From: a bacterium
GTDB taxonomy: Bacteria > UBA8248
NCBI GenBank assembly: GCA_965219955.1
Contig: OZ244799.1
Span: forward strand, 3,616,001 to 3,680,000
DNA length: 64,000 nt
Direction: 5' to 3'
Positions 49,873-59,223 of this stretch are shown here, in pieces. Position 1 is the first letter of the stretch, and each line of letters begins with the position of its first letter. Under the pieces are notes generated by a model. It worked only from the letters and a program-made list of their open reading frames with translations. It had not been told where the DNA came from and ran no database searches. A program made the position numbers and the translations under genes.

Positions 49873-50580
49873 TTGAACGGCAAGACGAAAATCCTGTGGA
49901 CGGCGGGGTTGTGCCTGCTGGCGGCGGCGCTGCTCGCCTACCTCTTCCGGGGGCAGATAGACGACGCCTGGGCGTACCTGGTGAAGCTCCAGGACGAGAA
50001 AGAGAGGTTCAGGGACTGGATTTATTCCTACGGCGCCTGGGGTCCGGTCGTGTTCGTCGGCGTGCAGGTGCTCCAGGTGGTTTTCTCCCCCATACCGGGG
50101 GAGTTGACGGGATTTCTGGGCGGCTACGTCTACGGCGCGCTCACGGCGACGATCCTGAGCACCATCGGCCTGACGATAGGCAGTTTTCTCGCGTTCTGCA
50201 TCGGGCGAAGGCTGGGCCGCCCCTTCGTGGAAAAACTCATCCCGCCCAAAATTCTCGATAAATTCGATTTCCTCATCACGAACAGGGGCGCTTTTCTCGC
50301 CTTTATCTTCTTCTCGATTCCCGGCTTTCCCAAGGACTACATGTGCTACCTGCTGGGCCTGAGCCCGCTGGGGACCCTGACGTTCGTGATCGTCGCCTTT
50401 CTGGGCAGAATCCCCGGCACCATCATGCTGGGGGTCCAGGGAGCCGGGATGTACGAGGAGCAATACGGGATGGTGGTCGCGCTTCTCATCGTCGCTGTCG
50501 TGGCCGGGGCGGCGGCCGTCTACTTCCAGGAGTCTTTGAGAGAATGGCTCAAGGAAAAGGCCGGCCGGGGTGAGACGTAA
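49873..50580 (+). CDS. TVP38/TMEM64 (DedA/VTT) membrane protein
   Basis: QVVFSPIPGE, IPGFPKD, GRIPG. Confidence 0.88.
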   Translation: MNGKTKILWTAGLCLLAAALLAYLFRGQIDDAWAYLVKLQDEKERFRDWIYSYGAWGPVVFVGVQVLQVVFSPIPGELTGFLGGYVYGALTATILSTIGLTIGSFLAFCIGRRLGRPFVEKLIPPKILDKFDFLITNRGAFLAFIFFSIPGFPKDYMCYLLGLSPLGTLTFVIVAFLGRIPGTIMLGVQGAGMYEEQYGMVVALLIVAVVAGAAAVYFQESLREWLKEKAGRGET

Positions 50581-50589
50581 GGCGCATCG

Positions 50590-50998
50590 AGAACGGCCAC
50601 GGGGGGCCGCCCCTGCGTGTCCCGTGCTTTTCGAATCGAACCCGCAGGGACAGGCCCCTGCGCCTGTCCTTATGGGCTTTTTCAACAGCCCCCTTGAAGA
50701 AGGAACCTGTAGGGGCGGTTCGCGAACCGCCCCTGCGCCACCTCTATTCACAGATCATCGTCATTCCGGCGAAAGCCGGAATCCATTTGCGGGTGCGCGT
50801 GAATGAGCGGGGCCGTTTCAATCCCCGCCGATGCGCAGGAACCCTAAAGAAAGGCAAAAGGCGTAAAATGGATTCCGGCTTTCGCCGGAATGACGGCCCT
50901 GGGGACAGGCCTCCGTACCTGCCCTGACGAGGGACAACCACGGAGGGTTGTCCCTACAACCGCCAATCTTCCTTTATCGGACTTTTTCAACAACCCCC
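50590..50998. repeat. Repeat mosaic: two TIR right ends, GTAG palindrome, REP-A pair, REP-C units
   Basis: TTTTTCAACAGCCCC near 50678 and TTTTTCAACAACCCC near 50983; REP-A 50760-50894; palindrome 50709-50736. Confidence 0.8.
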
Positions 50999-51029
50999 AT
51001 TGCCGTGGTTCGGCAACAATCCCTGCTTT

Positions 51030-51914
51030 TTATGACACGCCCAGATAGAGCAGAAGCAGGGGTATGATGACAAGGCTCAGCGCCGTGCCCGTGAACACGA
51101 TGGAGGCGGCCAGGGAACCTTCCTCGCTGTAGCGTTCGGCGAAAATGTAGTTCAATACGGCGGGCGGGCTGCACGACATCAGGAAGAGCGAAGCGCGGAA
51201 CGCGCCCGTGAGCGCAAAGGCTTCACACAGCACCCAGGCGAGCGCGAACCCGAGCCCGAACCGGAGCGCCGCCACGAAGAGGCTTACACGGAAATCAGAC
51301 GCCCGGATGGAGCGGAGCCTGTAGCCCAGCGTGAAGAGCTCCACCGGGAACATGCCGCGCCCGGTCAGGTGCGAGAAGCGCAGGATGAATTTGGGCACGG
51401 GGATCGCCGCCATCGCCACGGCGATGCCCGCAATCGCCGCGTAGAGGGCGGGCATCTTGAGCGGCTCCCTGACGTCGGCGCGCCCGCCGTATGCCATGAT
51501 CCCCAGCGTGAAGGAGATGAACACGTTCGGTATGGAGAGCAGCACCGTCTGGGCGAGGCCCTCCTCGCCGAAGGCCAGAAGCGCCAGGGGATAGGGCAGC
51601 GAGACGGAGTTCATGAGCATCACGCTGGGCACGAAGGAGCGATGCGTCATGCCCGTCGCGCGCTTGATGGCCCAGGCGACCAGGCCCGGGATGACCTGTA
51701 TGAGCGTGGAGAAGACGCCCGCCTTGATCAACTCATCCCACATGATGTGCTGGCGCGCGAGTGCGTCGAACATCACGGCGGGGGCGAGCAGGAACAGGAC
51801 GAGCTCGGCCAGGACCCTGGGGTCGAACTTTTTCCACCGGCCGTAGAGGAAGCCGATGCCGATCACCGCCATGACCGGGAAGACGATGTTCAAAAGCGGC
51901 GTAATGTTGGACAT
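51030..51914 (-). CDS. AEC (auxin efflux carrier) family transporter
   Basis: About 10 TM segments; NSVSLPYPL, PALYA, SPPAV. Confidence 0.88.
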   Translation of the reverse strand: MSNITPLLNIVFPVMAVIGIGFLYGRWKKFDPRVLAELVLFLLAPAVMFDALARQHIMWDELIKAGVFSTLIQVIPGLVAWAIKRATGMTHRSFVPSVMLMNSVSLPYPLALLAFGEEGLAQTVLLSIPNVFISFTLGIMAYGGRADVREPLKMPALYAAIAGIAVAMAAIPVPKFILRFSHLTGRGMFPVELFTLGYRLRSIRASDFRVSLFVAALRFGLGFALAWVLCEAFALTGAFRASLFLMSCSPPAVLNYIFAERYSEEGSLAASIVFTGTALSLVIIPLLLLYLGVS

Positions 51915-52075
51915 ACGCTTCGGGAGAATCCTCTTTGTTGCGCAAAAGAGGCAGAGTATACATACCGCCCCTTCGGGTGGCCACCCCTTTCAGGCGGCTG
52001 CCCCGGTGGGGCGACCGCTCCGCCGGGCGGGCGCGAGAGGCGAGACGCGCTTGCGGATGAACATCCTCGCTGGCG

Positions 52076-52539
52076 GGGGTTGTTGAAAAAGTCTCCCTCC
52101 TCAGGGGATAAGGGCAACCCCCCCTACCCCCCCTTGTCAGGGGGGCAAGAAAAAACAAAAGCCCCTCAACCGGCGGCGGACGTCGCCTTTTCATACCCCT
52201 CCCCCGACAAGGGGGCGTTCTTTTTTTACCCCCCTGCCAAGGGGGGGGTAGGGGGGGTTGGTTTTCGAGGCGAGAACCTGCGCCTCCGCCCGGTTTCGGG
52301 TTTTGGCTGTCATTCCGGTGGAGGAGCCGACCGCAGAGGGGTGCGATGATTTTGTAGGGACAGGCCTCCGTGCCTGTCCTGCTCTCCGTGGTTCTCCTTC
52401 GTCAGGACAGGCACGGAGGCCTGTCCCTACGGTAAACAATTCGATGTTCGGGATGCCCTCCCTTCCTCGGGAGGACTTTTAGGGCAGCCCCGACAAGGGG
52501 GGAGTGATTCCTCTCTCCTCGGGGTTTTTCAACAGCCCC
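52076..52539. mobile_element. TIR element carrying an intact D element and a REP-C pair
   Basis: GGGGTTGTTGAAAAAG ... GTTTTTCAACAGCCCC; D 52095-52265; REP-C 52354-52430. Confidence 0.85.
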
Positions 52540-52684
52540 TTGCTGGCGTCTTTCTCCTTTGCGGGGGCGCGTCGCTTGCGCCTGGAAGAATTTGCGCACG
52601 GGCGCGGGGACGCGGTAGCCTGCGAATGCGTTCTCATACGAGTCGTGTTCTCGTTTTCTTGATTTCCGGGAGGGGTTCTGAAAG

Positions 52685-53122
52685 ATGCCGAAAATGGATC
52701 ACATCGGTTACGCCGTGAGCAATCTGGATGAGAAGAAGAGCGTGATGGAGGATTTGCTGGGCTTCCGTTTTCAGGAGAGAAGGGTCTATGAGCGGCCCGG
52801 CAACACCGCCCGGCTCGATTTCTACGAGGCCGAAGGCGCGGTGATGGAGCTCGTGGAGATGAGCGACCCCGAGGCGCCGCTGAACCGGTTCATCGCCGCG
52901 CGCGGCGAGGGTCTGCACCACGTCTGTTTCGTCGTCGAGGATTTGAGGGCCACGATGGCCGAATGGGAAGCCAAGGGAGTCGAGTTCGTCCTCGCGCCCA
53001 CCTACGGGTCTCGCGGCGGGGTCATCACCTTCACGAACGCGGCCACCACGGGCGGCCTCGCGGTGGAGCTGGTGCAGTACATCCCCGAGGGGGAGGAGGT
53101 TCCCAACTGGGCGCAGAAGTAG
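52685..53122 (+). CDS. VOC family protein, methylmalonyl-CoA epimerase-like
   Basis: DHIGYAV, MELVE, RGEGLHHVCF, GGLAVELVQ. Confidence 0.85.
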   Translation: MPKMDHIGYAVSNLDEKKSVMEDLLGFRFQERRVYERPGNTARLDFYEAEGAVMELVEMSDPEAPLNRFIAARGEGLHHVCFVVEDLRATMAEWEAKGVEFVLAPTYGSRGGVITFTNAATTGGLAVELVQYIPEGEEVPNWAQK

Positions 53123-53309
53123 GGAAGCGCGTTTCAGGAATATGCACCGACGCCCGGCGCGCCGTGCAAGTCGATTCGAAGGCGGGTGCGGGATGCAGTA
53201 ATTCCGTGGGGCGGCAGGGAAGGTGTTCTTCGTTTTTTCCTGCTCCCGGATGATGGCGGGGGTTTTCTTGAATAAATGGTTAAGCTTCACCGAAAGCCAC
53301 GTTTTCCAC

Positions 53310-53338
53310 TTGACAAGTCAGGTTCAATCCCCCACTAT
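53310..53338 (+). promoter_or_regulatory. Putative sigma70 promoter (TTGACA-17 bp-CACTAT)
   Basis: Perfect -35 box, weak -10 box; a long stem begins about 8 nt downstream. Confidence 0.5.
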
Positions 53339-53345
53339 TTTACCC

Positions 53346-53650
53346 GGCATACAATCCATGTGTGGTCGATCTCACGGGCTGCCCGCTGAATACAAGACGA
53401 CTCTTCCCGAGAGTTGAAATAGGCGGGAACCAACTTTTCTTCCAAAACGTGGATTGTATGCCAACCAGCCCGGACTTCGTCCTTAGGCTTGAGTGAATCA
53501 ATCCGCGAGTGGAAGTGAGAGGATCGTATGGGTCAAGCGGCTTCATGATGAATTCAATTATCTAAAAAATGAAAAAAGCGGCTTAGGCAAACCAATATAC
53601 AGAATACGGATTGGTATCGTCAAATATTGATTGACTGTTCAATTAAGAAC
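53346..53650 (+). ncRNA. Candidate structured non-coding RNA, family unknown
   Basis: 16-bp closing stem 53346-53361/53447-53462, inner stems and several further hairpins; no credible ORF. Confidence 0.45.
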
Positions 53651-53900
53651 GGGGAGGAGGCGCAGAAGAGCCGATCGATCGGGCGTCGGCCGTGAATGAG
53701 GAAAGGGCATTTTCGGCACCGGAGTGAGAAAGGGAAAGTGGCGCGTGTCGTTTCACCGGTGTTCTTTCCGGAGGTCCTGTATTCTTGCGAACCGCCCCAT
53801 GCAGGCGATGAAGTTTTGTGGTTCAGGGGGCGGATGCGACGGCGATGGCGGGGCGAGTTTCAGGGGCGCGTTCGGAACGCACGGGAGAAGATGGAGAATT

Positions 53901-54181
53901 GGGGGTTACTCATTTGCCGTTTGACCTCATGGAGTCGCACTCATTTCTTGTCAGATTGAATCCTTCGACAGGGAATGTAAAGCGAATGAGTAACCCCCTT
54001 CCTGTTTCGGCATCCAGCCGGTGGAAAGCGGAAGTGAGTTGAAAAGAGGAATTCGAAACCTGCGGGAGGGGTGAAGAAATTGGGGGTTACTCATTTGCTG
54101 CTCAACCTCGTGGAGTAGTCAGTACCATTCTCTGTTCGAGTTGGGTCCTCTGGCAGGGAATGGGAAAAATGAGTAACCCCC
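53901..54181. repeat. Two tandem ~100-bp MITE-like units with 14-bp TIR GGGGGTTACTCATT
   Basis: Units 53901-53998 and 54082-54181; identical TIRs and related interiors. Confidence 0.8.
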
Positions 54182-54462
54182 TCCTTCTTCTTTCGGCGAT
54201 TCGCCCCCGAGAGCAGGTTCAAGTTTGAGAAACGCTCACTTCGGCTATCCCGGGTCTTGGGAAGCATCCAGGCTATAGCCTCATCTTCTTTCTGATTGCA
54301 AGTTTCGATGTTAACCGCTTTCGTGGCGATCGGCAAGAAATTTATTGTTGTTTTTGCTCGACCTGAACGATGCGCCGGAATCCGCAGGGGTTTCAGGCGG
54401 ATTGCTGTGCGTTATGGTTTATCGGGTGGTGGGCGGTTCAAGAGGACGAATGCGCCCACTCT

Positions 54463-54651
54463 TCATCCGATGGGCGCTACGCCCAAATCCCTGCAAATCT
54501 TTTTGCATAGGAAATTACTTATTTCGGTGTGCCGGGGAATGGTGGAATACTTATTAAGCGCAGGATTATGCCACAAGGTATGTTTTTTGCCTTATCTAAG
54601 CTCTTCGCATCCGTTCTCGGAGAGATGTTTCAATAGTTCCCGTCGCTTCAT
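54463..54651 (-). pseudogene. hicA: HicA-family toxin with premature TAA at codon 20
   Basis: MKRRELLKHLSENGCEELR*GKKHTLWHNP...TIPRHTEI...KKICRDLG; stop at 54592-54594; ATGA overlap with hicB. Confidence 0.88.
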
Positions 54652-54857
54652 ATGGTGATCAGTTCTCTTTCGAAATTTTCCCCTGGCGATTTGGCGGGAT
54701 CGATTTCCAGCATTTCCCGGAGGGAGATTGTGAGGGAATCCAGCAGTTCCTCTCTCGATGTCTCCTGGCAGTTGACTCCGGGAACCTCTTCAATCCATCC
54801 GATCCACCACTGCCCGTCTCTGCCGATAGTGGCCGTATACGTGGTTTTTTTCTTCAT
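54648..54857 (-). CDS. hicB: HicB-family antitoxin (short form)
   Basis: YTATI..DGQWWIGWIEEVPGVNCQETSREELL. Confidence 0.88.
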   Translation of the reverse strand: MKKKTTYTATIGRDGQWWIGWIEEVPGVNCQETSREELLDSLTISLREMLEIDPAKSPGENFERELITI

Positions 54858-55012
54858 GGCGATTCTCCCCGAGAATTCAACGCCGATACGAAGCCGACCG
54901 AACAATAGCGCCTGAATCCGCCGCCGCTTGGCGGGATGAAATCTCTCTTTGCTTATCAAAAGAAAGGGGAACCTCATAGGAGAGATTTATGGGAAAGAGC
55001 GCTCTCGCCCCT

Positions 55013-56020
55013 CTATGACGCCCCGTCATCCCCGCTGAAAAACGCGGCGATCTTCCCCAGCGACGCAGGGATGTCCACGTCCCACTGGCGGTTCGAGCCG
55101 CCGCCGGTGTGAGGCAGCAGGACGGCGCCCGGCAGCCCGATGAGCGGGCTGTCGGCGGGCAGGGGCTCATAGCGGTAGACGTCGAGCCCCGCCATGGCGA
55201 TTTCGCCCGCTCTGAGGGCTGCCGCGAGCGCCGCCTCATCGACGAGCGCGCCTCTTCCCACGTTGATGAGGGTGGCGCTCTTCTTCATGCGCGCGAGCTC
55301 AGCGGCGCCTATCATCCCCTCGCTCTCTTCTGTGTGCGGGAGGACGAGCACGAGATAGTCGACGCGCTCGAGCAGGTCGTCGAATGGCAGATACGCGGCC
55401 CGGTACTCCGCCTCGACATCCGGCGCGTGCCGCGTTCGCTGGTAGTAGAAGATCTCCATGTCGAAGGCCAGGCACCGCTTGGCGATGTCCATCCCGATGT
55501 CGCCCAGGCCGATGATCCCGGCGCTCTTGCCGAAAAGCTCCGCAACCCCCTCGATCTCCGGCCAGTTGGGCCGGATGTTCCACTGGCTGGTGGCGACGGG
55601 TTCCAGCCCCATCTCGCGGTAGACGCCCGCCTCGACCGCCTTCTGGCCCGGAATCGTCTTGCGCTCGCAGCAGAGCATGAGGGTCAGCGCCTGCTCGGCC
55701 ACCGTGGCGTTTCGCATGAGCGACTGCGTGCCGACGGGGATCCCGCGCTCGCGCGCCGCGGCCGCGTCGATGTTCTTGCAGTTCAGCCCGTGTTTCTGGA
55801 TGTATCTGAGCTTGCCCGCCGCCTGGATGACCGAAGCCGGGAGCGCCGCCTTGTAGCAGAGGACCGCCTCGGCCTCGGGCGCGAGGGCCAGAAGAGCGTC
55901 TTCATCTGCGCTGTCGGGTGCCGTGATCTCGAAGGGCGCCGCGGCTGCGTTCGCCTTGACCCGGCTCAGAAAACGGCCCGACGCCCCGTCGGTGACGAGC
56001 AGGCGTATTTTGTCGCTCAT
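55013..56020 (-). CDS. D-2-hydroxyacid dehydrogenase family protein
   Basis: GIIGLGDIG, INVGRGALVDE, GLDVY..EP, LPHTGG. Confidence 0.9.
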   Translation of the reverse strand: MSDKIRLLVTDGASGRFLSRVKANAAAAPFEITAPDSADEDALLALAPEAEAVLCYKAALPASVIQAAGKLRYIQKHGLNCKNIDAAAARERGIPVGTQSLMRNATVAEQALTLMLCCERKTIPGQKAVEAGVYREMGLEPVATSQWNIRPNWPEIEGVAELFGKSAGIIGLGDIGMDIAKRCLAFDMEIFYYQRTRHAPDVEAEYRAAYLPFDDLLERVDYLVLVLPHTEESEGMIGAAELARMKKSATLINVGRGALVDEAALAAALRAGEIAMAGLDVYRYEPLPADSPLIGLPGAVLLPHTGGGSNRQWDVDIPASLGKIAAFFSGDDGAS

Positions 56021-56070
56021 GCTTTCTCCTTGCGCGGTATGTCAAACGATAGATTCAAGCGTGGTTTTCT

Positions 56071-56511
56071 CTAGCGTTGATATTTAATGAACGGGGTGAG
56101 CGTTGCCACCCGATCATAGAGCACCCGGGCCGTCTCGTTGAAGTCCTGCGTGAGCCAGTAAACCGACGGCGCCCCCCTGCTGTCGGCCGCCTCGTAAACC
56201 GCTTCGATCAGGGCGCGGCCTACGCCCGCGCCGCGAAAGGCGGGATCGGTGTAGAGGTCCTGGAGATAGCACACGTCCTCGATCCGCCAGTTGTGCGGGT
56301 GGAAAATGTAATGGACCAGGCCCGCCGCCTGCCCGTCCTTGAGCGCGATCAGTCCGTTCTGCTGCTCGCGGGCCGGATCCGACAGGCGGGCGAAGGTGGT
56401 CCGGTAGACCTCTTCGGGTACGCCGGACTCGTAGAACTCCAGGTAGGCGGTCCACAGGCGGCGCCAGTCGGATTCGTCGCCGGCGGTCATGGGGCGAATG
56501 GTCAGCGTCAT
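56071..56511 (-). CDS. GNAT family N-acetyltransferase
   Basis: CYLQDLY, RGAGVGRALI, VYWLTQDFNETAR. Confidence 0.9.
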   Translation of the reverse strand: MTLTIRPMTAGDESDWRRLWTAYLEFYESGVPEEVYRTTFARLSDPAREQQNGLIALKDGQAAGLVHYIFHPHNWRIEDVCYLQDLYTDPAFRGAGVGRALIEAVYEAADSRGAPSVYWLTQDFNETARVLYDRVATLTPFIKYQR

Positions 56512-56625
56512 GAAAACCTCTCGTGCTGGTTCGGAATGTGCGGCAGGGAATTGTACGTTTCGGACTGCGCCAGTCAAGCGCCCGGACTTTCAGGCTCTTC
56601 CGCCCCGCGGCTGCGATAGAGGCGG

Positions 56626-56692
56626 TAGCAGGGACAGGCCGCGGCCCCGGACGGGCACGGGGCCTTTGGGACAGCCCCGAGAACGTCCCTAC
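56626..56692. repeat. Degenerate REP-C (GTAG...CTAC) unit
   Basis: GTAGCAGGGACAGGC...GTCCCTAC; the end overlaps the stop codon of the upstream gene. Confidence 0.6.
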
Positions 56693-57111
56693 GGACTCTC
56701 CACCAGCTTTTTCAGGTTCGCCAGTTCCACGATGTTCTCTTCCGTACCGCCCCGGTGCAGGGTCTGGTCCTCGTAAGCCTCGTTGTCCACGGTGTGCAGA
56801 ACGTGGGTGACGCCGCCCACCTGCTCGAAGCGGTAGGTGATGACCTGCGCGGGCTTCTCGCTCCCGCCGACGTAGTTCTCCCAGACGATTTTCGAGTGTG
56901 GCTCCCAGACGGTGATCACCGAGTCGCACTCGGGCCTGTCGTGAAAGACCTGGTGGAACCGGGTGCCCGCTCCCTGGTGGCCTCCGGGTGAGGTGATCGT
57001 CACCTCCTTGGAGAAGGGCGCTATCTGCGGGTGGGTCTCCACGTTGCCGACGAACGCGAAGACTTGATCGACGGGAGCGCGGACCTGTTCCAGGACGACG
57101 ACTTGCGGCAT
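56689..57111 (-). CDS. SRPBCC family protein, paralog of 1701-2120
   Basis: Shared VETHPQIA, GTRFHQV, VWEP, THVLHTV, ELANLK. Confidence 0.82.
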   Translation of the reverse strand: MPQVVVLEQVRAPVDQVFAFVGNVETHPQIAPFSKEVTITSPGGHQGAGTRFHQVFHDRPECDSVITVWEPHSKIVWENYVGGSEKPAQVITYRFEQVGGVTHVLHTVDNEAYEDQTLHRGGTEENIVELANLKKLVESP

Positions 57112-57167
57112 CGGTTCTTACCTCCATGTGCTGACCGGCCCGCGTTTCAGACGGGCCGGGGCTTCGC

Positions 57168-58082
57168 TTAACCCGGAATGACGGTTTCCTGGCCCATCCG
57201 GCTCGTCGGGCGCCAGCGCAGGGCGCGCCCCTCGGCCCAGTTCAGTATCTGGTTCACCATGATGACCAGGATCATGAGCAGGAAGATGATCAGGATGAGG
57301 CCCGTGGTGTAGTACTCGTTGTTGTAGCGCTGGAGCAAGTAGCCGAGCCCCTTGTCGGCGATGATGTATTCGCCGACGATCGCGCCCACCATGCCGAACG
57401 GGATGCTGATCTTGAGGCCGTTGAAGATCCACGGCGAGGCGGAGGGAATCACGATCTTGCGCAGGATGGCGAGCTTGCTTCCGCCCAGGACGCGCGAGAC
57501 GTTGATGAGGTCCCGGCTCACGCCGCGGATGCCCGCAAAGGTGCTCACGAAAGTCAGGAAGAACACGATGGTCATCACCAGGATGATCTTGGGCTGCCGC
57601 TCGATGCCGAACCACGCGATGAACAAGGGCGCGTACGCGATGCGCGGAACCCCGTTGAAAGCCATGATGAACGGCTCGATGACCAGGGCCACGACCTCGA
57701 TTTCCGCCAGCAGGAAGCCGAAGAGGATCCCGGCCAGGGCGCCGAGGAGATAGCCCCAGAAGGTGTTTTCCACCGTGTAGGAGAAATGAACCCACAAGGA
57801 GCCGTCCGGGTTGGCCGGGTCCGAGATCTCGAAGAAAGACGTCACGAGCAGGCTCGGGCTGGAGATGGTGCGGTGGTCGATGAGACGGCCCGAAACGGCT
57901 TCCCACAGCACGATCATGATCACGCCGAAGATAACGCGCAGGGCCGCCACGCGCACCCAGCGGAGTTCCTCGGCGTTCTTCACCCGCCACCACAGCAGGC
58001 GCAGCCCCGTTACTTCCGGAGGGAGGAGGAGGTCCAGTTCCTCGGGCGGTGCGGATTTGATTTCGTCGGTCTGTGCCATCAC
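57168..58082 (-). CDS. ABC transporter permease (SsuC/TauC-like)
   Basis: [17 protein letters not shown]-like loop, GAIVGEY...GLG. Confidence 0.9.
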   Translation of the reverse strand: MMAQTDEIKSAPPEELDLLLPPEVTGLRLLWWRVKNAEELRWVRVAALRVIFGVIMIVLWEAVSGRLIDHRTISSPSLLVTSFFEISDPANPDGSLWVHFSYTVENTFWGYLLGALAGILFGFLLAEIEVVALVIEPFIMAFNGVPRIAYAPLFIAWFGIERQPKIILVMTIVFFLTFVSTFAGIRGVSRDLINVSRVLGGSKLAILRKIVIPSASPWIFNGLKISIPFGMVGAIVGEYIIADKGLGYLLQRYNNEYYTTGLILIIFLLMILVIMVNQILNWAEGRALRWRPTSRMGQETVIPG

Positions 58083-58858
58083 ATCACCTTTGCCACTTCG
58101 TCTCGGAGTTCTTCCCAGAGCTTGTCGTAGATCTCGCGGTAGGCCTGCGAGTCATGGATATGGTAGACGTCGCGCGGGCGGGGGATCGTCACGGGGGTGA
58201 CGCTCTTGATGGTTCCGGGCCGGCCCGTCATCACGACCACCCTATCGGCCAGCGTGATGGCTTCGGCCAGGTCGTGCGTGATGAAGACGATGGTCTTGCG
58301 CTCCTCGCGCCAGAGCTCGAGCAGCTGGTTCTGGAGCGTCAGGCGGGTCTGGGCGTCCAGGGGGCCGAAGGGTTCATCCATCAGGATGACGCGTGGGTCG
58401 CATATCAGGGTGCGGATGATGTTCACGCGCTGGCGCATGCCGCCTGAGAGTTCATGGGGGTAGTGGTTCTCGAAGCCCGAGAGGCCCACCTTGTCGATCA
58501 GGGCCTGCACGCGCTCGGCGACGCCGTTCGAGACGGACACCCCGCGGAACTCCAGGGGGAGCAGCACGTTCTTGCGCAGGGTCCGCCAGGGAAGCAGGTT
58601 GTCCTGCTGGGTCACGTAGCCGATCTCGGGGTTCAGCCCGCTGGTGCGCTCTCCCCGGAAATGCACCTGCCCGCTGCTGGGGGGGAAGAGCCCGGCCAGG
58701 ATGTTCAGCAGGGTGCTCTTGCCGCACCCGCTCGGCCCCACGATGGTCACGAACTCCCCCTCGCCCACGTCGAGGTTCACGTCGGACATCGCGTGGACGA
58801 TGGTCCCCCGCGAGAGGAACCGCTTGCCGACCTGCCGGATGGACAAAGACGCCGTCAC
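58079..58858 (-). CDS. ABC transporter ATP-binding protein (SsuB/TauB-like)
   Basis: [30 protein letters not shown]. Confidence 0.93.
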   Translation of the reverse strand: MTASLSIRQVGKRFLSRGTIVHAMSDVNLDVGEGEFVTIVGPSGCGKSTLLNILAGLFPPSSGQVHFRGERTSGLNPEIGYVTQQDNLLPWRTLRKNVLLPLEFRGVSVSNGVAERVQALIDKVGLSGFENHYPHELSGGMRQRVNIIRTLICDPRVILMDEPFGPLDAQTRLTLQNQLLELWREERKTIVFITHDLAEAITLADRVVVMTGRPGTIKSVTPVTIPRPRDVYHIHDSQAYREIYDKLWEELRDEVAKVM

Positions 58859-58907
58859 GTAATCATGCTCCCTGAACTCCTCCGGCCGGAGCGTTCACGC
58901 CCCGGCG

Positions 58908-59182
58908 GTGCTGTTGAAGAATCCTGCAATGGCGAGCAAAAACACACCTTCCTTTAGTTTTTTCACTCCCCCCTGGAGGGGGAGTCAGTGAGCTAAGGGC
59001 GCAAGCCCGCAAGCGAACTGGTGGGGGGATAATTCGGAATGACAATAAAACGCATTTCCCCCCCACCGAGTCAGCCTTCACCTGTCGGTTCGGCTTCCTC
59101 GACTCCCCCTCCAGGGGGGAGTGAACATCAAAAGCGTTCGCTCAACCAAAATCGCTCCACAGGACTTATCCAACAGCCCCCC
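58908..59182. mobile_element. Degenerate TIR element carrying an intact E element
   Basis: GCTGTTGAAGAA ... TTATCCAACAGCCCC; E element TCACTCCCCCCTGGAGGGGGAGTC...GACTCCCCCTCCAGGGGGGAGTGA at 58962-59125, inside an operon. Confidence 0.8.
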
Positions 59183-59223
59183 TCACGAGAGGGAGGCTGC
59201 ACAGAATCTACAGAAAATCCCGC

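Noticed and set aside
53346-53462. Assignment as 6S RNA or retron msr-msd
   Set aside because: Too short for a typical 6S RNA and lacks its usual gene context; no RT nearby. Kept only as an unassigned candidate.
53901-54181. CRISPR-like repeat-spacer pattern
   Set aside because: The repeats are 14-bp inverted pairs, only two units, with related interiors; no cas genes.
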